Virus record (IMG/VR): IMGVR_UViG_3300008740_000712 | Span: 1 to 64,000 of that record | From: a virus | Length of the DNA: 64,000 bases | Reading direction: 5' to 3' (one strand) | Shown here: positions 46,202-56,762 of the stretch, one piece after another | Layout: each line of letters starts with the position of its first letter | Numbering within the stretch: the first letter of the stretch is position 1 | The notes under the pieces: model-generated | The model's database searches: none | What the model was told of the DNA's origin: nothing | What the model saw: the letters and a program-made list of their open reading frames with translations, nothing else | Made by a program: the position numbers and the translations under genes

Positions 46202-47280
46202 AAATCAAGTTTTAGTTTGAAAGTATAACTATCTCTTTCTCTTTTTCTTATTGGTTTTGCCATTTTAGCAGTAGCAATAAGGTTCCTGTCCTCGTCATAA
46301 ATGCCGATGGTTGAAATGTAGGTGGTTTTCTCGAACGACCCTGTATCATTATACACCGTATTAGTTATATTTTTAATTTCTAATTTTGGATTTTCGATGT
46401 ACGAGTAAGAACCTGTCGTTTTCATAAGTGGCTGATCTTTTAAAATAAATGTCGGATTAGAAGAATTGTTAAGCTCACCCTTATCGGCATGAGCAAACAT
46501 GGTCATGACGGGAATATCATTTGTCCCCTCGAACTCTACTGCAAAACTTGAACTCGGAATGCCTGTTTTAGTGGTGCCAAAATGTTTCCACCTCGGATTA
46601 TCCGCACCACTGCCGTAAGACTCAGTATGGCCGGTATCGATTGCCCATGCTCCAGTCAAGAACATGAACCCTTCTCGATATAAAACAACCCCAGCTACAG
46701 ATCCCGATCCATTGCTACCAGCTGGTCCTACTTGAATCATCTCTCCGTTTCTATTAACATCATGCAATTCGGCGGCAAGTGTTCCGGAAATATAGAACCT
46801 ACACTTTGAAGTTCCCTTCTTTATTTCCGATCCCATGAAGATGGTGGGGATTGCCACAAGACTAGCATCTTGTTGTGCCTTGTTTCCAAACTCAGTCGTA
46901 TCAAATGCGAAGTGGCGACTGAGTGGGGTATACGAGTTGAAAGAATTGCATAATCCCATTACTCTTTCGTTACGATTGTTGGCATATGGGCCAACATAGT
47001 TACTCACAACAAGCGAGGATGTTTGTGGAAGGGAGCCTGTAAATTTGGTTCCGAAGATTGCCTCATCGAAACTCAACTTCTTGATAGTCTTTAGGAAATA
47101 TCTATCTCCCTTTTTATAAGTAAAGGGCACAGTGCCAGCAACTCCCCCGTAGAGAGATATGCTCGTGTCGGTCGTGTTATCCAGATACACCTGTCCGTCA
47201 TAAATAAAGAACTCACTTCGAGGGTGAGTTCTCAACCTATTCACCATTATATCACTGGACTTGAACTCGTAGAAAGACAC
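46198..47280 (-). CDS. Baseplate/tail-associated structural protein
   Basis: C-terminal TYISTIGIYDEDRNLIATAKMAKPIRK...FKLKLDL (tail-collar/baseplate-type IGLFD...LIAVA pattern). GTG start with SD AGGAGG. Confidence 0.6.
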   Translation of the reverse strand: MSFYEFKSSDIMVNRLRTHPRSEFFIYDGQVYLDNTTDTSISLYGGVAGTVPFTYKKGDRYFLKTIKKLSFDEAIFGTKFTGSLPQTSSLVVSNYVGPYANNRNERVMGLCNSFNSYTPLSRHFAFDTTEFGNKAQQDASLVAIPTIFMGSEIKKGTSKCRFYISGTLAAELHDVNRNGEMIQVGPAGSNGSGSVAGVVLYREGFMFLTGAWAIDTGHTESYGSGADNPRWKHFGTTKTGIPSSSFAVEFEGTNDIPVMTMFAHADKGELNNSSNPTFILKDQPLMKTTGSYSYIENPKLEIKNITNTVYNDTGSFEKTTYISTIGIYDEDRNLIATAKMAKPIRKRERDSYTFKLKLDL

Positions 47281-47289
47281 GGTGTCCTC

Positions 47290-48312
47290 CTAGTAGTCTA
47301 ATCTTACACGGAGAATCATCTCATTGGTCGGATCTTTCTTTAGTGGTTCTGATAACTTTGCGACTGCAAGAAGTTCATTGTCTGCACTATAAAGACCGAC
47401 GGTTGTGATGTAAGATGTTGGATTATCCAACGTGTTATTCTTTACCCTGATTCTACTTCCCGACGTATATGTTGGGTTGGCAGAATAATTGTATTCATTA
47501 TGGTTGACCCGACAAAAATAAATTGAAGAATTTAATTCCGTCGTATTGTTGAATGTGAGGTCATGTACTCTGTGTCGAAAATGATCTGCACTCTGTTGAA
47601 TGGTTTTTGTGGGCAATGTTGTGAGAATATTGTTCGTAGCTCCATTCATTTGCGCGGTGCCGAAGATGGAAGCAGTTAAGACTGCAACTCCCGCCTGATA
47701 ATAGAGCAATCCTACTTTCGTAGTATCAGCATATAAGATGCCATACTCGCCAGCTGGTGAATTTGTTTTGTAAGAAGTTGCGGCACCGGTATCCTTAATC
47801 GTATTTAGTCCACCTGGTTGTGCAGCAGTATATACAGATGCCGTTCCTATTGTTAATGAGAAGGTTCCCTTCTTAATCTCATCTTTGACCAGTAATCTTG
47901 AAAAATTAAGAAAATAAACTTCATCAAGTTTTGTACCACCAGTTAAGTCACCATCCTGATCAAATCTCATGATAGATCCAGTAACGTCGTGGCCAACGAG
48001 GACTTGTGCCATCTGGTTGTAAATTGCTAATTTTTTGCTCTCTTGGTTTACACCGACACCACCACTCATAGCACTCTTGGGTGAATACCCGCAAGTTATG
48101 TCGAAAATATGATTCGACGAAGAGGACAGATAAGGGTAGTCGTAGACTGACTGAAACATTCCGTGGGAATAGTTCTTAATGTTAGTCTCTGCGATCATGT
48201 GTGCCCCGTAAGTTCCAGAAAGTATTGTTCCTGTGAGGGGGATGGATTCATGTAACAGTGTCCTCGTGGAAGACATGTCGTCATTTAAAAAAGGTTTATA
48301 AATAGTTGCCAT
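47290..48312 (-). CDS. Baseplate/tail-associated protein, paralog of 46198..47280
   Basis: C-terminal YITTVGLYSADNELLAVAKLSEPLKK...LRVRLDY. Confidence 0.6.
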   Translation of the reverse strand: MATIYKPFLNDDMSSTRTLLHESIPLTGTILSGTYGAHMIAETNIKNYSHGMFQSVYDYPYLSSSSNHIFDITCGYSPKSAMSGGVGVNQESKKLAIYNQMAQVLVGHDVTGSIMRFDQDGDLTGGTKLDEVYFLNFSRLLVKDEIKKGTFSLTIGTASVYTAAQPGGLNTIKDTGAATSYKTNSPAGEYGILYADTTKVGLLYYQAGVAVLTASIFGTAQMNGATNNILTTLPTKTIQQSADHFRHRVHDLTFNNTTELNSSIYFCRVNHNEYNYSANPTYTSGSRIRVKNNTLDNPTSYITTVGLYSADNELLAVAKLSEPLKKDPTNEMILRVRLDY

Positions 48313-48326
48313 CAGTTATTCTCCTG

Positions 48327-49259
48327 CTATTGCTTCTTCACAAATCTTACTGGAATGTCAATTGAGGCACCAGTAGTTGCTCCCCGTACTCTCACGAGGG
48401 AGTCGATATACTTGACCGTGACAGAGGCAGATACTCCGCCAGACTGTCCACTCATAGATTTTGAACTTCCCAAAGTATCAAATAGGTAGTCACTCGTATT
48501 TAGTTCTACCGACGATTGTAGGAGAAATTCCAAAATTGTTCCTCTCGGACCAGAGATCGATTGCTTGTTGCTTGTTGATGTGTCCCCGTTTTCAGAAACA
48601 AAATCAGGGTCTGTTCCCAAAGTTAGAAAATAACTTGCAACATTGTCGTCATCGATATACGAAATTGTTGCGACAGTGCCACCCTGTGATGCCACCTTTG
48701 CTAGACGGTTATCGATCTCAATGGTGAATTGCGTTTCGAGAAGGTCGGAATCTATATTGAATTTGGGGGAAATTTCTGTAGTGTCCAATCCCTGATCAAC
48801 TCGAACATAGGAACCTCCGGTCAGTGTTTCACCATTAACAATGCCCTGTACGGGCTTAAGTGGTGATCCAGTTTGCCCAACTGCTTCTTCGGTATCCTCA
48901 TCGACTGCGACGATAAAAACTCCGTCCGAGTGTCGGGCTGTGTCGGTCGAGTACGACTCGTTTAGTTCCATGATAGGGAGATATAATAAGTTATTTCTCG
49001 GAATAGAGATGAGTCTGCTCTTCATGGAGGAACCGTTGTTGGTAAATGCTTCCAGCACTGGTGCTCTCAAGATCTCTAAATCATAATAGGCACTTCCACT
49101 TGCATGTGCCCTGTTGTAAAGTTCATAATTAACCTCATCGTCACCAAGAGCAAACTTTGCGATCTTAAACGAACCGTCACCTTTTGCCAATCGAAAACGA
49201 CCGGTGTCAGTTAGCACCGCATCGAGAATAATATCACCTGAGTTGTCTAAAAATGCCAT
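48327..49259 (-). CDS. Baseplate/tail-associated protein
   Basis: N-terminal DAVLTDTGR..LA.G.G.F.I.KFALGDDE.NY, a tail-collar (DUF3751-like) LT..G pattern. SD GGAGG. Confidence 0.6.
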   Translation of the reverse strand: MAFLDNSGDIILDAVLTDTGRFRLAKGDGSFKIAKFALGDDEVNYELYNRAHASGSAYYDLEILRAPVLEAFTNNGSSMKSRLISIPRNNLLYLPIMELNESYSTDTARHSDGVFIVAVDEDTEEAVGQTGSPLKPVQGIVNGETLTGGSYVRVDQGLDTTEISPKFNIDSDLLETQFTIEIDNRLAKVASQGGTVATISYIDDDNVASYFLTLGTDPDFVSENGDTSTSNKQSISGPRGTILEFLLQSSVELNTSDYLFDTLGSSKSMSGQSGGVSASVTVKYIDSLVRVRGATTGASIDIPVRFVKKQ

Positions 49260-49279
49260 CTATACATCCTCCACGTAGA

Positions 49280-49287
49280 TAAATAGT
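49280..49287 (-). promoter_or_regulatory. Putative late-promoter motif ACTATTTA
   Basis: Intergenic, ~20 nt upstream of the start at 49259, and identical to the motif before the scaffold gene. Confidence 0.45.
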
Positions 49288-49312
49288 AGTTATATCACAA
49301 ATAAAGCACATG

Positions 49313-52060
49313 TTAAATTACTTCATCCGTCGGTTTCTCAAATTCTTGAGTAAACTTGAAATTTAAATCCATCTTCTTGCCTGAGTTCTTTGACGTTACT
49401 CTTACTTTAAACTTCTTTCCCCACACAGAACTGCCCTTTGGACCCATTACCGCATTAACCACTTTGTTGGCAGACTCCACGTCTACATCTGTTCTGGCCG
49501 GATCAATAACCATATTAGACATCAAGGGAGAGATCCTTATGTACCTCTTCAGATCTCTTAGGGTGTTCTTCTCCTTCTTCGTTGCGGAGTCATAGGAGTA
49601 GTTTCTTATCACAGGATAAACGAACTTGTCCTTAACAATGGTCACTTGGATAACTTCAGATGGATTTGAAATATTGCCATGATTGTCAATTGATCTAAAA
49701 AGATAATAGTAGGTCTTGTTTGGTTCAATCTTGTCGATAAAGGAGGTGTTGGGGGTTCTTGTTCTTAATCCACCAACGAAGTCTTTTGGACTAGATGGTG
49801 GAATGGTTGTTCTGTACACTTCATAGAATCTGCTTATGCCGTCTTGAGAATACCAAATCTTGTCTTGCCCTTTTCTATTTTGAGATTTCTTTAATTTATC
49901 AATTCTCTTCTGTTCGGAGTCAGAGAATACAAGTGGAACCAGAAGTCGATTTCCGACGGAACCATTGAAGTTAAACCCAATTGCGTCGTCTTTGTTGAAG
50001 AACGGATAAACATTTACATCCGGAACAGTGGGGGGATCACTCAAAATCAAGTTGGTGGTTTCTGCAATCTTGTTCTCAATCACCTTTAAGGATGGTGTCT
50101 GGTTCACCTTTACTGCAACGTCATACTTATACATCTTCTTATCCGTGTAAGAGTAGGAATTCCCTATTACCAGATTGTAAGAATATATTTCATAAGTATA
50201 GTTCTCGTTTACTTTGACTTGAGTATCCACAAATCTAAATGTCTCTAGGTCTGATTTGTTTAGGAAAAAATAATTCTTTATTGGTTCTCCGGCCGGAGTT
50301 CCAATGTGCTTGGCCACACGATACAGCACAACCTCAGAGTGTGCTTTTTCTCCGTTAATCATCTCTTCGTATGTTCTAAAATTCTGCCTTATGTATTCCT
50401 GTATCTTTGCGTAAAAAGCAAGGTTCACAATCTTGTTGAAAAAGAACATGTTCCTTTTGTTCGACAAATTGTTCAGGGCATAATCGTCCCCAAGCATTGT
50501 GACACTCTTATCAAACAACTCCTCAGTTGAACTGTTGTCGGAGAAAATTTCGTTTGACAAATCCCACACTTTCTTTTGTAGAATCTCGGTATCTCTGGCA
50601 CCGCTTGGTTCAGAGGTATTCACTACAAACTCAAGCATTGAAGATTGCTTAGAAAGAATTAACTGAACCATATTTTTAGTGAATTCATCTTCCATTTTAG
50701 CTGTCTGTAATATATCAACGAATCCCGAATCTGGGTCGATTGTGAATTCTATCTCATTATACATTGGGAAAAACTCTCTTTTATAGTCTGCCTGTAGCAT
50801 CTCCTTTATTTGTAAAAGTGGGAAAATAACATTTGAACTTTGTGCAACGACTTCATCAATCTTCCCCCCTTTCTTTGCTTCCAGAAACTTTAATCCATAT
50901 TTCTTTAGATATTCTTGTAAAGTTGATTCCTTCACAGCACTCTTAAACATGCCGCGGGGAGTCCTTATAAATGGATTCTCACCCTCTATTATTCCCCCAA
51001 GTGTATTTTGATCTTTGACTTCCTGCGTTGTGCTGTCAGAAACAACCTCTGATAGAAAGTTGTAAAGATTGGGAAGAGCATTGTGGGGCACATCACTATC
51101 TGCAAGAAAGTCTTCGTACTTCTCGTTATAGAAATTGTAAACAGATCTCGACGTAACGAAATTCTTCTTCGGACTGGACTGTTCTCCTTCTGTTATGTTC
51201 TCATAAACTGGAGTTGTATTTTCGTGAAAGTGATCTGTGTAGATGACATCTTCCTGTATGGTTGGTTCATAATTTCGATGATTGTAGTTGCCACCCAACA
51301 TATATGCTTTCCACAAAAATCTATTAAATTTTGATCGACTTCTTTTTCTGCCGCGCAGGGAACGGAGTCCTCTCTCTAACTTGAATTTCCGTTTGTTGGG
51401 TAACAGAAGAATCCACTCAGATGTTTCTCCATAATCGGAATCAGTAGAAACATTAGCAGGTTCGGAAAACATAAAGACATATGGTGCATGGCCATGCATG
51501 GTCACATGGTCTTGGCTGCGGCGGTTTCGGTGTTGCTGTCCACGGGATGTCATTCTAGATGTCATATCTGGAGTTATCAAACTGTTCTCGATGGTCATGT
51601 AATACTTTGCTGCTCTTCCTCTAAGGGGATCGTCGATAAAAGTCTCCGACGGGTTTCGGAGCACGTTGCGATAATAGTACACCCGACCCCTATCTTCGTG
51701 GTTCGCAGACTCCACCATAAGAACCTTGTTGCCCGAACCTTTGGTTTTTTTAATAGTCTGCATCAATCTTCTCCAGACTCGTCTTCTCTCCAGAGAGTCG
51801 TCGAGATCAAAGTCAATTCTCATGTCTCTGGACGAATAATCAAATGTTCTATTATTTCTTCTTGCTGCTCGTAACAACATCAAGTTCTGTCTTGCAGAAA
51901 GTCCCGATCTTGAGTTTCGATACCTTCTGGTTCGTTGTCGTTTTCCGGTGTATGTAGATCTGGCATCGTTTCGGGCAACGTAAGCATCGACACTCTCAAT
52001 TGGTTTTTCAACCTCATCTGGGGGTGCTAGTAGTTTTTCAACAAACTTCTCTTTCATCAA
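49313..52060 (-). CDS. 915-aa hypothetical protein; Arg-rich N-terminus, FN3-like C-terminal segments
   Basis: FN3-like patterns F.D..V.....Y.YEI and YYYLFRSIDNHGNISNPS. ATGA overlap with the upstream gene. Confidence 0.7.
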   Translation of the reverse strand: MMKEKFVEKLLAPPDEVEKPIESVDAYVARNDARSTYTGKRQRTRRYRNSRSGLSARQNLMLLRAARRNNRTFDYSSRDMRIDFDLDDSLERRRVWRRLMQTIKKTKGSGNKVLMVESANHEDRGRVYYYRNVLRNPSETFIDDPLRGRAAKYYMTIENSLITPDMTSRMTSRGQQHRNRRSQDHVTMHGHAPYVFMFSEPANVSTDSDYGETSEWILLLPNKRKFKLERGLRSLRGRKRSRSKFNRFLWKAYMLGGNYNHRNYEPTIQEDVIYTDHFHENTTPVYENITEGEQSSPKKNFVTSRSVYNFYNEKYEDFLADSDVPHNALPNLYNFLSEVVSDSTTQEVKDQNTLGGIIEGENPFIRTPRGMFKSAVKESTLQEYLKKYGLKFLEAKKGGKIDEVVAQSSNVIFPLLQIKEMLQADYKREFFPMYNEIEFTIDPDSGFVDILQTAKMEDEFTKNMVQLILSKQSSMLEFVVNTSEPSGARDTEILQKKVWDLSNEIFSDNSSTEELFDKSVTMLGDDYALNNLSNKRNMFFFNKIVNLAFYAKIQEYIRQNFRTYEEMINGEKAHSEVVLYRVAKHIGTPAGEPIKNYFFLNKSDLETFRFVDTQVKVNENYTYEIYSYNLVIGNSYSYTDKKMYKYDVAVKVNQTPSLKVIENKIAETTNLILSDPPTVPDVNVYPFFNKDDAIGFNFNGSVGNRLLVPLVFSDSEQKRIDKLKKSQNRKGQDKIWYSQDGISRFYEVYRTTIPPSSPKDFVGGLRTRTPNTSFIDKIEPNKTYYYLFRSIDNHGNISNPSEVIQVTIVKDKFVYPVIRNYSYDSATKKEKNTLRDLKRYIRISPLMSNMVIDPARTDVDVESANKVVNAVMGPKGSSVWGKKFKVRVTSKNSGKKMDLNFKFTQEFEKPTDEVI

Positions 52061-55000
52061 TATACATCTCCACTCTGCTCTTCAATGTCAGTATTTCTCA
52101 TACTTCTATTTGGAACGACTCCCGTTCGAGCAGAAGAGTTGCGGTTTTCTTCTGACTCTCTTTCGTCGGATATTAAATTACAAACCATGTTCCCTCTGGA
52201 AATGGTAGTTGATGTCCTCGACAGTCTTCTTCTCCTTGACTCTGGTATTTTAGATAGTTGCAAGGCATTCATCCTTCTTATCTGATCATCTGGTATTCTA
52301 CCTCCGTGGCCTCTTCGTATCATATCTTCCAATTCTTTTGGAGATAATTTACTGTAATCGAGTGCAAGATCTGATTTGGTTGCCTTAGATGAAAGAGAGT
52401 CACTTTGACGGGAATCGGCAATGGTCAGGGCATCGGAGTCTCCTCCTCCCTGTGATAGTGATTCACCATAATCATCAAGAGGTAGTTCATCTCCATCAAA
52501 CTCTATCTCCCTCTGTATATCCAGTACGAAGACTTTATTATAAACATTTAGATCAAATCCGGGAGTTGGGCGATGACCAAGTTTACGATTCGAGTATGGC
52601 ACCACCTTACACAAAACCCTTTTGCCCGACAAGTTGTCGTAAGTCCTCTTTGTTAGTAGTCTCCACATTGGTTTGGTTCCAGAATATCCAGAAAGATACA
52701 TTACTTTTGCAAGTTTACCCATTGTGAATTTGTACTCCAAAAAACCATCAATAGCATAATTCCTAGCCATATCTTCCAAGAATTCACCAGTTACTTTTGT
52801 TGAACTATTATCAGACTTTCTCAAAAATAATGCCTTTAATTGATTTGGCAGCCTGCTCCATAGGTAGGAATTCATTATTGCTGGATTTCCTTTTAGGTTG
52901 GTTATCGAGAAAGAGGTCTGTTGACTTCTTCTCGACATTGCCCTCAACTTATTTCTCAGCATCGGGTTGGACTTAAACGAGTTCGATCTCGACAATCCCA
53001 TAGATAATACTTTTACTGCCCTAAACGGGTTCGATTGATTGATCTCCCTTTCCCTCTCCTTGAATTGCCTTCGGTTCCTGAGAGGACTCACGTTTCTTAC
53101 TATTTGCTCTGACTTTAAACCTGCTAAGTAGTCGTAAAATCCAATAGTCTGTAGTGCTTGCCAACGGTTTATTCGGCCGGATCTATCTCTCACTTGTGGG
53201 GGATAGAGTGAGAGTTCACCTGCTTTCCCAGTTCTGGAGATGGTAAAATTATACTCATCGGATAGCATACTGTTTCGTTCGAGAACATTTTTTGCCATCG
53301 AGTCGGTAACAATCCTTTCCATCAAAAGGGAGTATCCATTAATTTTTCCCACAGAAGAGATTGAGAATCTCCTGAGTATATTGTTTCTTGAATGTTTTTC
53401 TCCCGTATCGAGAAAGTCGTAGACAACACCACTATCGATAAAGGACACGGGAGTCAAGAAAGAATGTGATGTCTTCGAGATGGTATCGTTGGTGGTTAAA
53501 CTCTTTCCTCCGATAGTCAAATTGATGTTTACACCCTGATCTGAAAAGAATCTTTCATTTTCGGACTCGATCCTGTCATCATACTCTGTGTTGCTGATGG
53601 TCTTTAGTCCGAGATCCCCACCATCTCCAGCATCTATGTCCAGATAATTAAATCCAAATTTTCTTGTCATATTGGAATCAAAAGTTTCGTCAAACCTCTT
53701 TGAAGCAGTAAAAGTTTTTGTGGGAGTTCGTCTCTCTCCATCTATCGACTTATTTGTTGTAGACTCGGATGTGGAGGAAGAAATGGTTGGTTTTGAAGGA
53801 AGTGCCGCGGCATCTTCCACCCTCTTCATAAAAGATTCGACCATCTTAATTATTGATAATATATTGGTGGGATTACCAGTGATGGGAGACATCGAGTACC
53901 TCATGGAAGATGCCATTTGTGATTTCCTATCCTCTGGAAAGTTCGATGTGAATCCAGAAACAAGATCGATTATGGTAGACGGTGCTGTAATCCAGGGGTA
54001 GTTCATTGGTGATCCATACCTTTTTCTCGCAACCTTAGAAAATCTCCTGGTAAACTTATTGGAATATGCTTCATAGTGACTTTTGTCAGGTGCTTCGGTT
54101 GTTCCTGCCTCGACTGCCAAATCAATATGGGGATTAGATATTTCTGCCTTTTCCAATGTTGGACCTGTGAGGATACTAAAATTATAATATTCGTTCAACT
54201 CCCTGAGTAGACCCTTTAATTCTGAAATCTGCTCTATCAAATATGGCTGTATTGTATCTGTCACTTCGACTGTGACCTCGTATTGATAAAATCCGTCCGT
54301 GATGCCAGAGAAAGTCCTATCCACTCCAGAAAAAGTCCTCATACCCCACGTTCCACGAGCAAAAATTTCCTCTTCCACAAACGATGCTTGCGAATTGTTC
54401 ACACTCTGAATCTCTCCTGTGGTTTTCTCACCAGTCCTCAATAGAACAAGGGGTGGTTCATTTTTATCAAACACCTCGCCCTTTGACTGTTCTGAACCGA
54501 CCCTGTTAGAAGATAGACTTGCCGGTTTGACCCTCACTCTCCTCACCTCAAGATTCTCAATCACCGATCTGTTCAAAATATCTTTTCTCTTGCTCCAGTG
54601 AAGTCTCGAAAACAGGGGTCCGTAGACGGAATTACGAAGCAGAATATTAGAAGTATTGATGCTGAATAGGAATCTCACGTTGTCTTCCTCGTCTTTTGTA
54701 TGCTGCAACGGTGTAAAATACGAATGCACCCTCTTGGGTTGGAGGTTGTCTCTTGAAACCTTGTTCTTTGATGACACGGAGAGAGACAAGTCCCTGAACT
54801 CTGTCTGTATTTGTCTTATCGACATGATTTCTCTCTCGTCAATAATCTTCGGATTTCTAATTGTTTTCGTGATCAATACACTATTTGGTCCCCTAGAGTC
54901 TGTCAGATACCTTCCCCTAGTGGGAGAATACCTTACGGAACCATCGTAAGGTCTGCCATTTTTGAAGAAAACTTTAGATCTACGAATTGCTTTACGGGAA

Positions 55001-55653
55001 GATATGACTCTCTCCAAATCCACCGATCCGTTAAAGGACTCTAGTCCTGCTTTTGAAGTATCTACACCAAATGTTTCCCCGAAATCACGGACATCCATTT
55101 TTACATAACTGAAGATACTGACATGTTCTTCTATTTGGTCTAGTTCAAATTTTGTTTCATAATAAATGTTTGCTACTTCGGTATTGTCGATTTCTATTTT
55201 CTCTGATCTTATAATGTCCCTAACACTTCCCTTAAAGTCTTTAGACAAATTAAGGATTCGGACCTCGACGTGGTTGTCTATTAGTCTGAGAATTCTGTCT
55301 TTTTCTCTCTTTAATCCTGATCTGGATTTTTCTAGTAACCTCGGTTTTTTCAGTCTAATGACCTCTTCTGCCAGTGACTCTCTCTCTAGTCTTCCGACAG
55401 TCTTATCACAAAGTCCCACGGCATCACTACCAAGAGACAGAATGTCAGTTACTTCCGGGTTTTTAGAAATTACCACAACGAGCTTTAATAAATTGACCAA
55501 TTTTTCATTGTTGAACCAGGTGCCTTCCAATTGTTCGTCGAGTTGATCTCTTGTGAGGATCTCCACATCGATGCTGCTCTTTGTCAGCACCATACGGGAA
55601 ACATTTGCCGTGGGCAACTCATCTCCGATTAAAGATAGGATCTTATCCGACAT
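52057..55653 (-). CDS. ~1,198-aa hypothetical protein of the baseplate region
   Basis: Long ORF. The likely start is ATG 55653 (MSDKILSL), which forms a TAATG overlap with the upstream stop. Confidence 0.7.
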   Translation of the reverse strand: MSDKILSLIGDELPTANVSRMVLTKSSIDVEILTRDQLDEQLEGTWFNNEKLVNLLKLVVVISKNPEVTDILSLGSDAVGLCDKTVGRLERESLAEEVIRLKKPRLLEKSRSGLKREKDRILRLIDNHVEVRILNLSKDFKGSVRDIIRSEKIEIDNTEVANIYYETKFELDQIEEHVSIFSYVKMDVRDFGETFGVDTSKAGLESFNGSVDLERVISSRKAIRRSKVFFKNGRPYDGSVRYSPTRGRYLTDSRGPNSVLITKTIRNPKIIDEREIMSIRQIQTEFRDLSLSVSSKNKVSRDNLQPKRVHSYFTPLQHTKDEEDNVRFLFSINTSNILLRNSVYGPLFSRLHWSKRKDILNRSVIENLEVRRVRVKPASLSSNRVGSEQSKGEVFDKNEPPLVLLRTGEKTTGEIQSVNNSQASFVEEEIFARGTWGMRTFSGVDRTFSGITDGFYQYEVTVEVTDTIQPYLIEQISELKGLLRELNEYYNFSILTGPTLEKAEISNPHIDLAVEAGTTEAPDKSHYEAYSNKFTRRFSKVARKRYGSPMNYPWITAPSTIIDLVSGFTSNFPEDRKSQMASSMRYSMSPITGNPTNILSIIKMVESFMKRVEDAAALPSKPTISSSTSESTTNKSIDGERRTPTKTFTASKRFDETFDSNMTRKFGFNYLDIDAGDGGDLGLKTISNTEYDDRIESENERFFSDQGVNINLTIGGKSLTTNDTISKTSHSFLTPVSFIDSGVVYDFLDTGEKHSRNNILRRFSISSVGKINGYSLLMERIVTDSMAKNVLERNSMLSDEYNFTISRTGKAGELSLYPPQVRDRSGRINRWQALQTIGFYDYLAGLKSEQIVRNVSPLRNRRQFKEREREINQSNPFRAVKVLSMGLSRSNSFKSNPMLRNKLRAMSRRSQQTSFSITNLKGNPAIMNSYLWSRLPNQLKALFLRKSDNSSTKVTGEFLEDMARNYAIDGFLEYKFTMGKLAKVMYLSGYSGTKPMWRLLTKRTYDNLSGKRVLCKVVPYSNRKLGHRPTPGFDLNVYNKVFVLDIQREIEFDGDELPLDDYGESLSQGGGDSDALTIADSRQSDSLSSKATKSDLALDYSKLSPKELEDMIRRGHGGRIPDDQIRRMNALQLSKIPESRRRRLSRTSTTISRGNMVCNLISDERESEENRNSSARTGVVPNRSMRNTDIEEQSGDVY

Positions 55654-56762
55654 TATTCTTCCTCTTCTCCGCATTCAGCAGAAGTTGGGTTTGGTGGAAC
55701 CTTATTATAAATACTTTCTGACGAAGTTTGTTCTTCTTTAGTACCCATGTCCTTTAGAGATTTTCCTGACATTCGTGCTATCTGATCCGGATCTAATCCT
55801 GCTGCTAGGGACGAACCCACCAGTCCGTGGGGGGAATCCTGCTCGTCCTGTAGGAACTGACCTGATATGCCAAATGTTCTTATCTCATCCATGTCCGTCA
55901 TAGTAGAGTTGCTTCCAATTGCTCTTCGGAGGAAGTCCATGTCGATTCCCATGTCCGACTCAATGGATAGGAAGTTCTCTACATATGTTTCATCCACATC
56001 TTCATACTCTTCCTGTACATCGTCCAAGAGAACATCATTGACAACCATCTGTCGTTCTTTCTTGAACTTCAGGGGAACTAGATTCTCTTGCCCATTTTCT
56101 TCATCGACTAAAAACACCTCGACTTCGAACTTATCGTTAGACAAGGGAGAATTACTTTCCTCTACTTTTATCAAAAGTTCACCATCACTTTCGTCAATGG
56201 TCAGTGCGGTTCCGTCTTCGAAAAGGTGTCCATAAACATCTGCATTGAAATCTGGCTTTGATGTCGATTTTATCTTATACTTCAAATCTTGTAAATTTAT
56301 TTGCGGTATCATGATATAGTTCATGTTCCCCGTATCATTTACGACCCTTGTGCTTGATTCGATTCTTGAGAAGTAACTCTTGACACTCCAAGCAGGTGCA
56401 TAGTCTTTTGTTGTATCCGACTTGCCCAGTGCGTTGAGGAGGGAATAGCTCTTCTCCTTTACTTGTTGAATGTTTTCTGGAGTTATATTTCCATTTGTTC
56501 TTCTTATTTTATCGATTTTCTTATTTATGTCGGTTTCTATGCCAATATGGGCACTCTGAATCTTCATTCTTGGGGCATCTTTTATCCTAATACTAGCACT
56601 GTGTGCTTGCTCTGATACAGATCCCCACGAGGCGTCATATATGATGTCGTCATCAAAAAATGCGTAATACTTCGGACGGAACTTTCCATTGGCATACCTC
56701 TTCTTGCCAAATTGGGTTAGATTTATCTCTATCACTTCTTCTTTTTTGTTAAAAAACTCCAT
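55653..56762 (-). CDS. 369-aa baseplate-region protein, N-terminus related to 48327..49259
   Basis: INLTQFGKKRYANGKFRPKYYAFFDDDIIYD mirrors LT..G...L..G.F.....A..DD...Y. Confidence 0.6.
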   Translation of the reverse strand: MEFFNKKEEVIEINLTQFGKKRYANGKFRPKYYAFFDDDIIYDASWGSVSEQAHSASIRIKDAPRMKIQSAHIGIETDINKKIDKIRRTNGNITPENIQQVKEKSYSLLNALGKSDTTKDYAPAWSVKSYFSRIESSTRVVNDTGNMNYIMIPQINLQDLKYKIKSTSKPDFNADVYGHLFEDGTALTIDESDGELLIKVEESNSPLSNDKFEVEVFLVDEENGQENLVPLKFKKERQMVVNDVLLDDVQEEYEDVDETYVENFLSIESDMGIDMDFLRRAIGSNSTMTDMDEIRTFGISGQFLQDEQDSPHGLVGSSLAAGLDPDQIARMSGKSLKDMGTKEEQTSSESIYNKVPPNPTSAECGEEEE

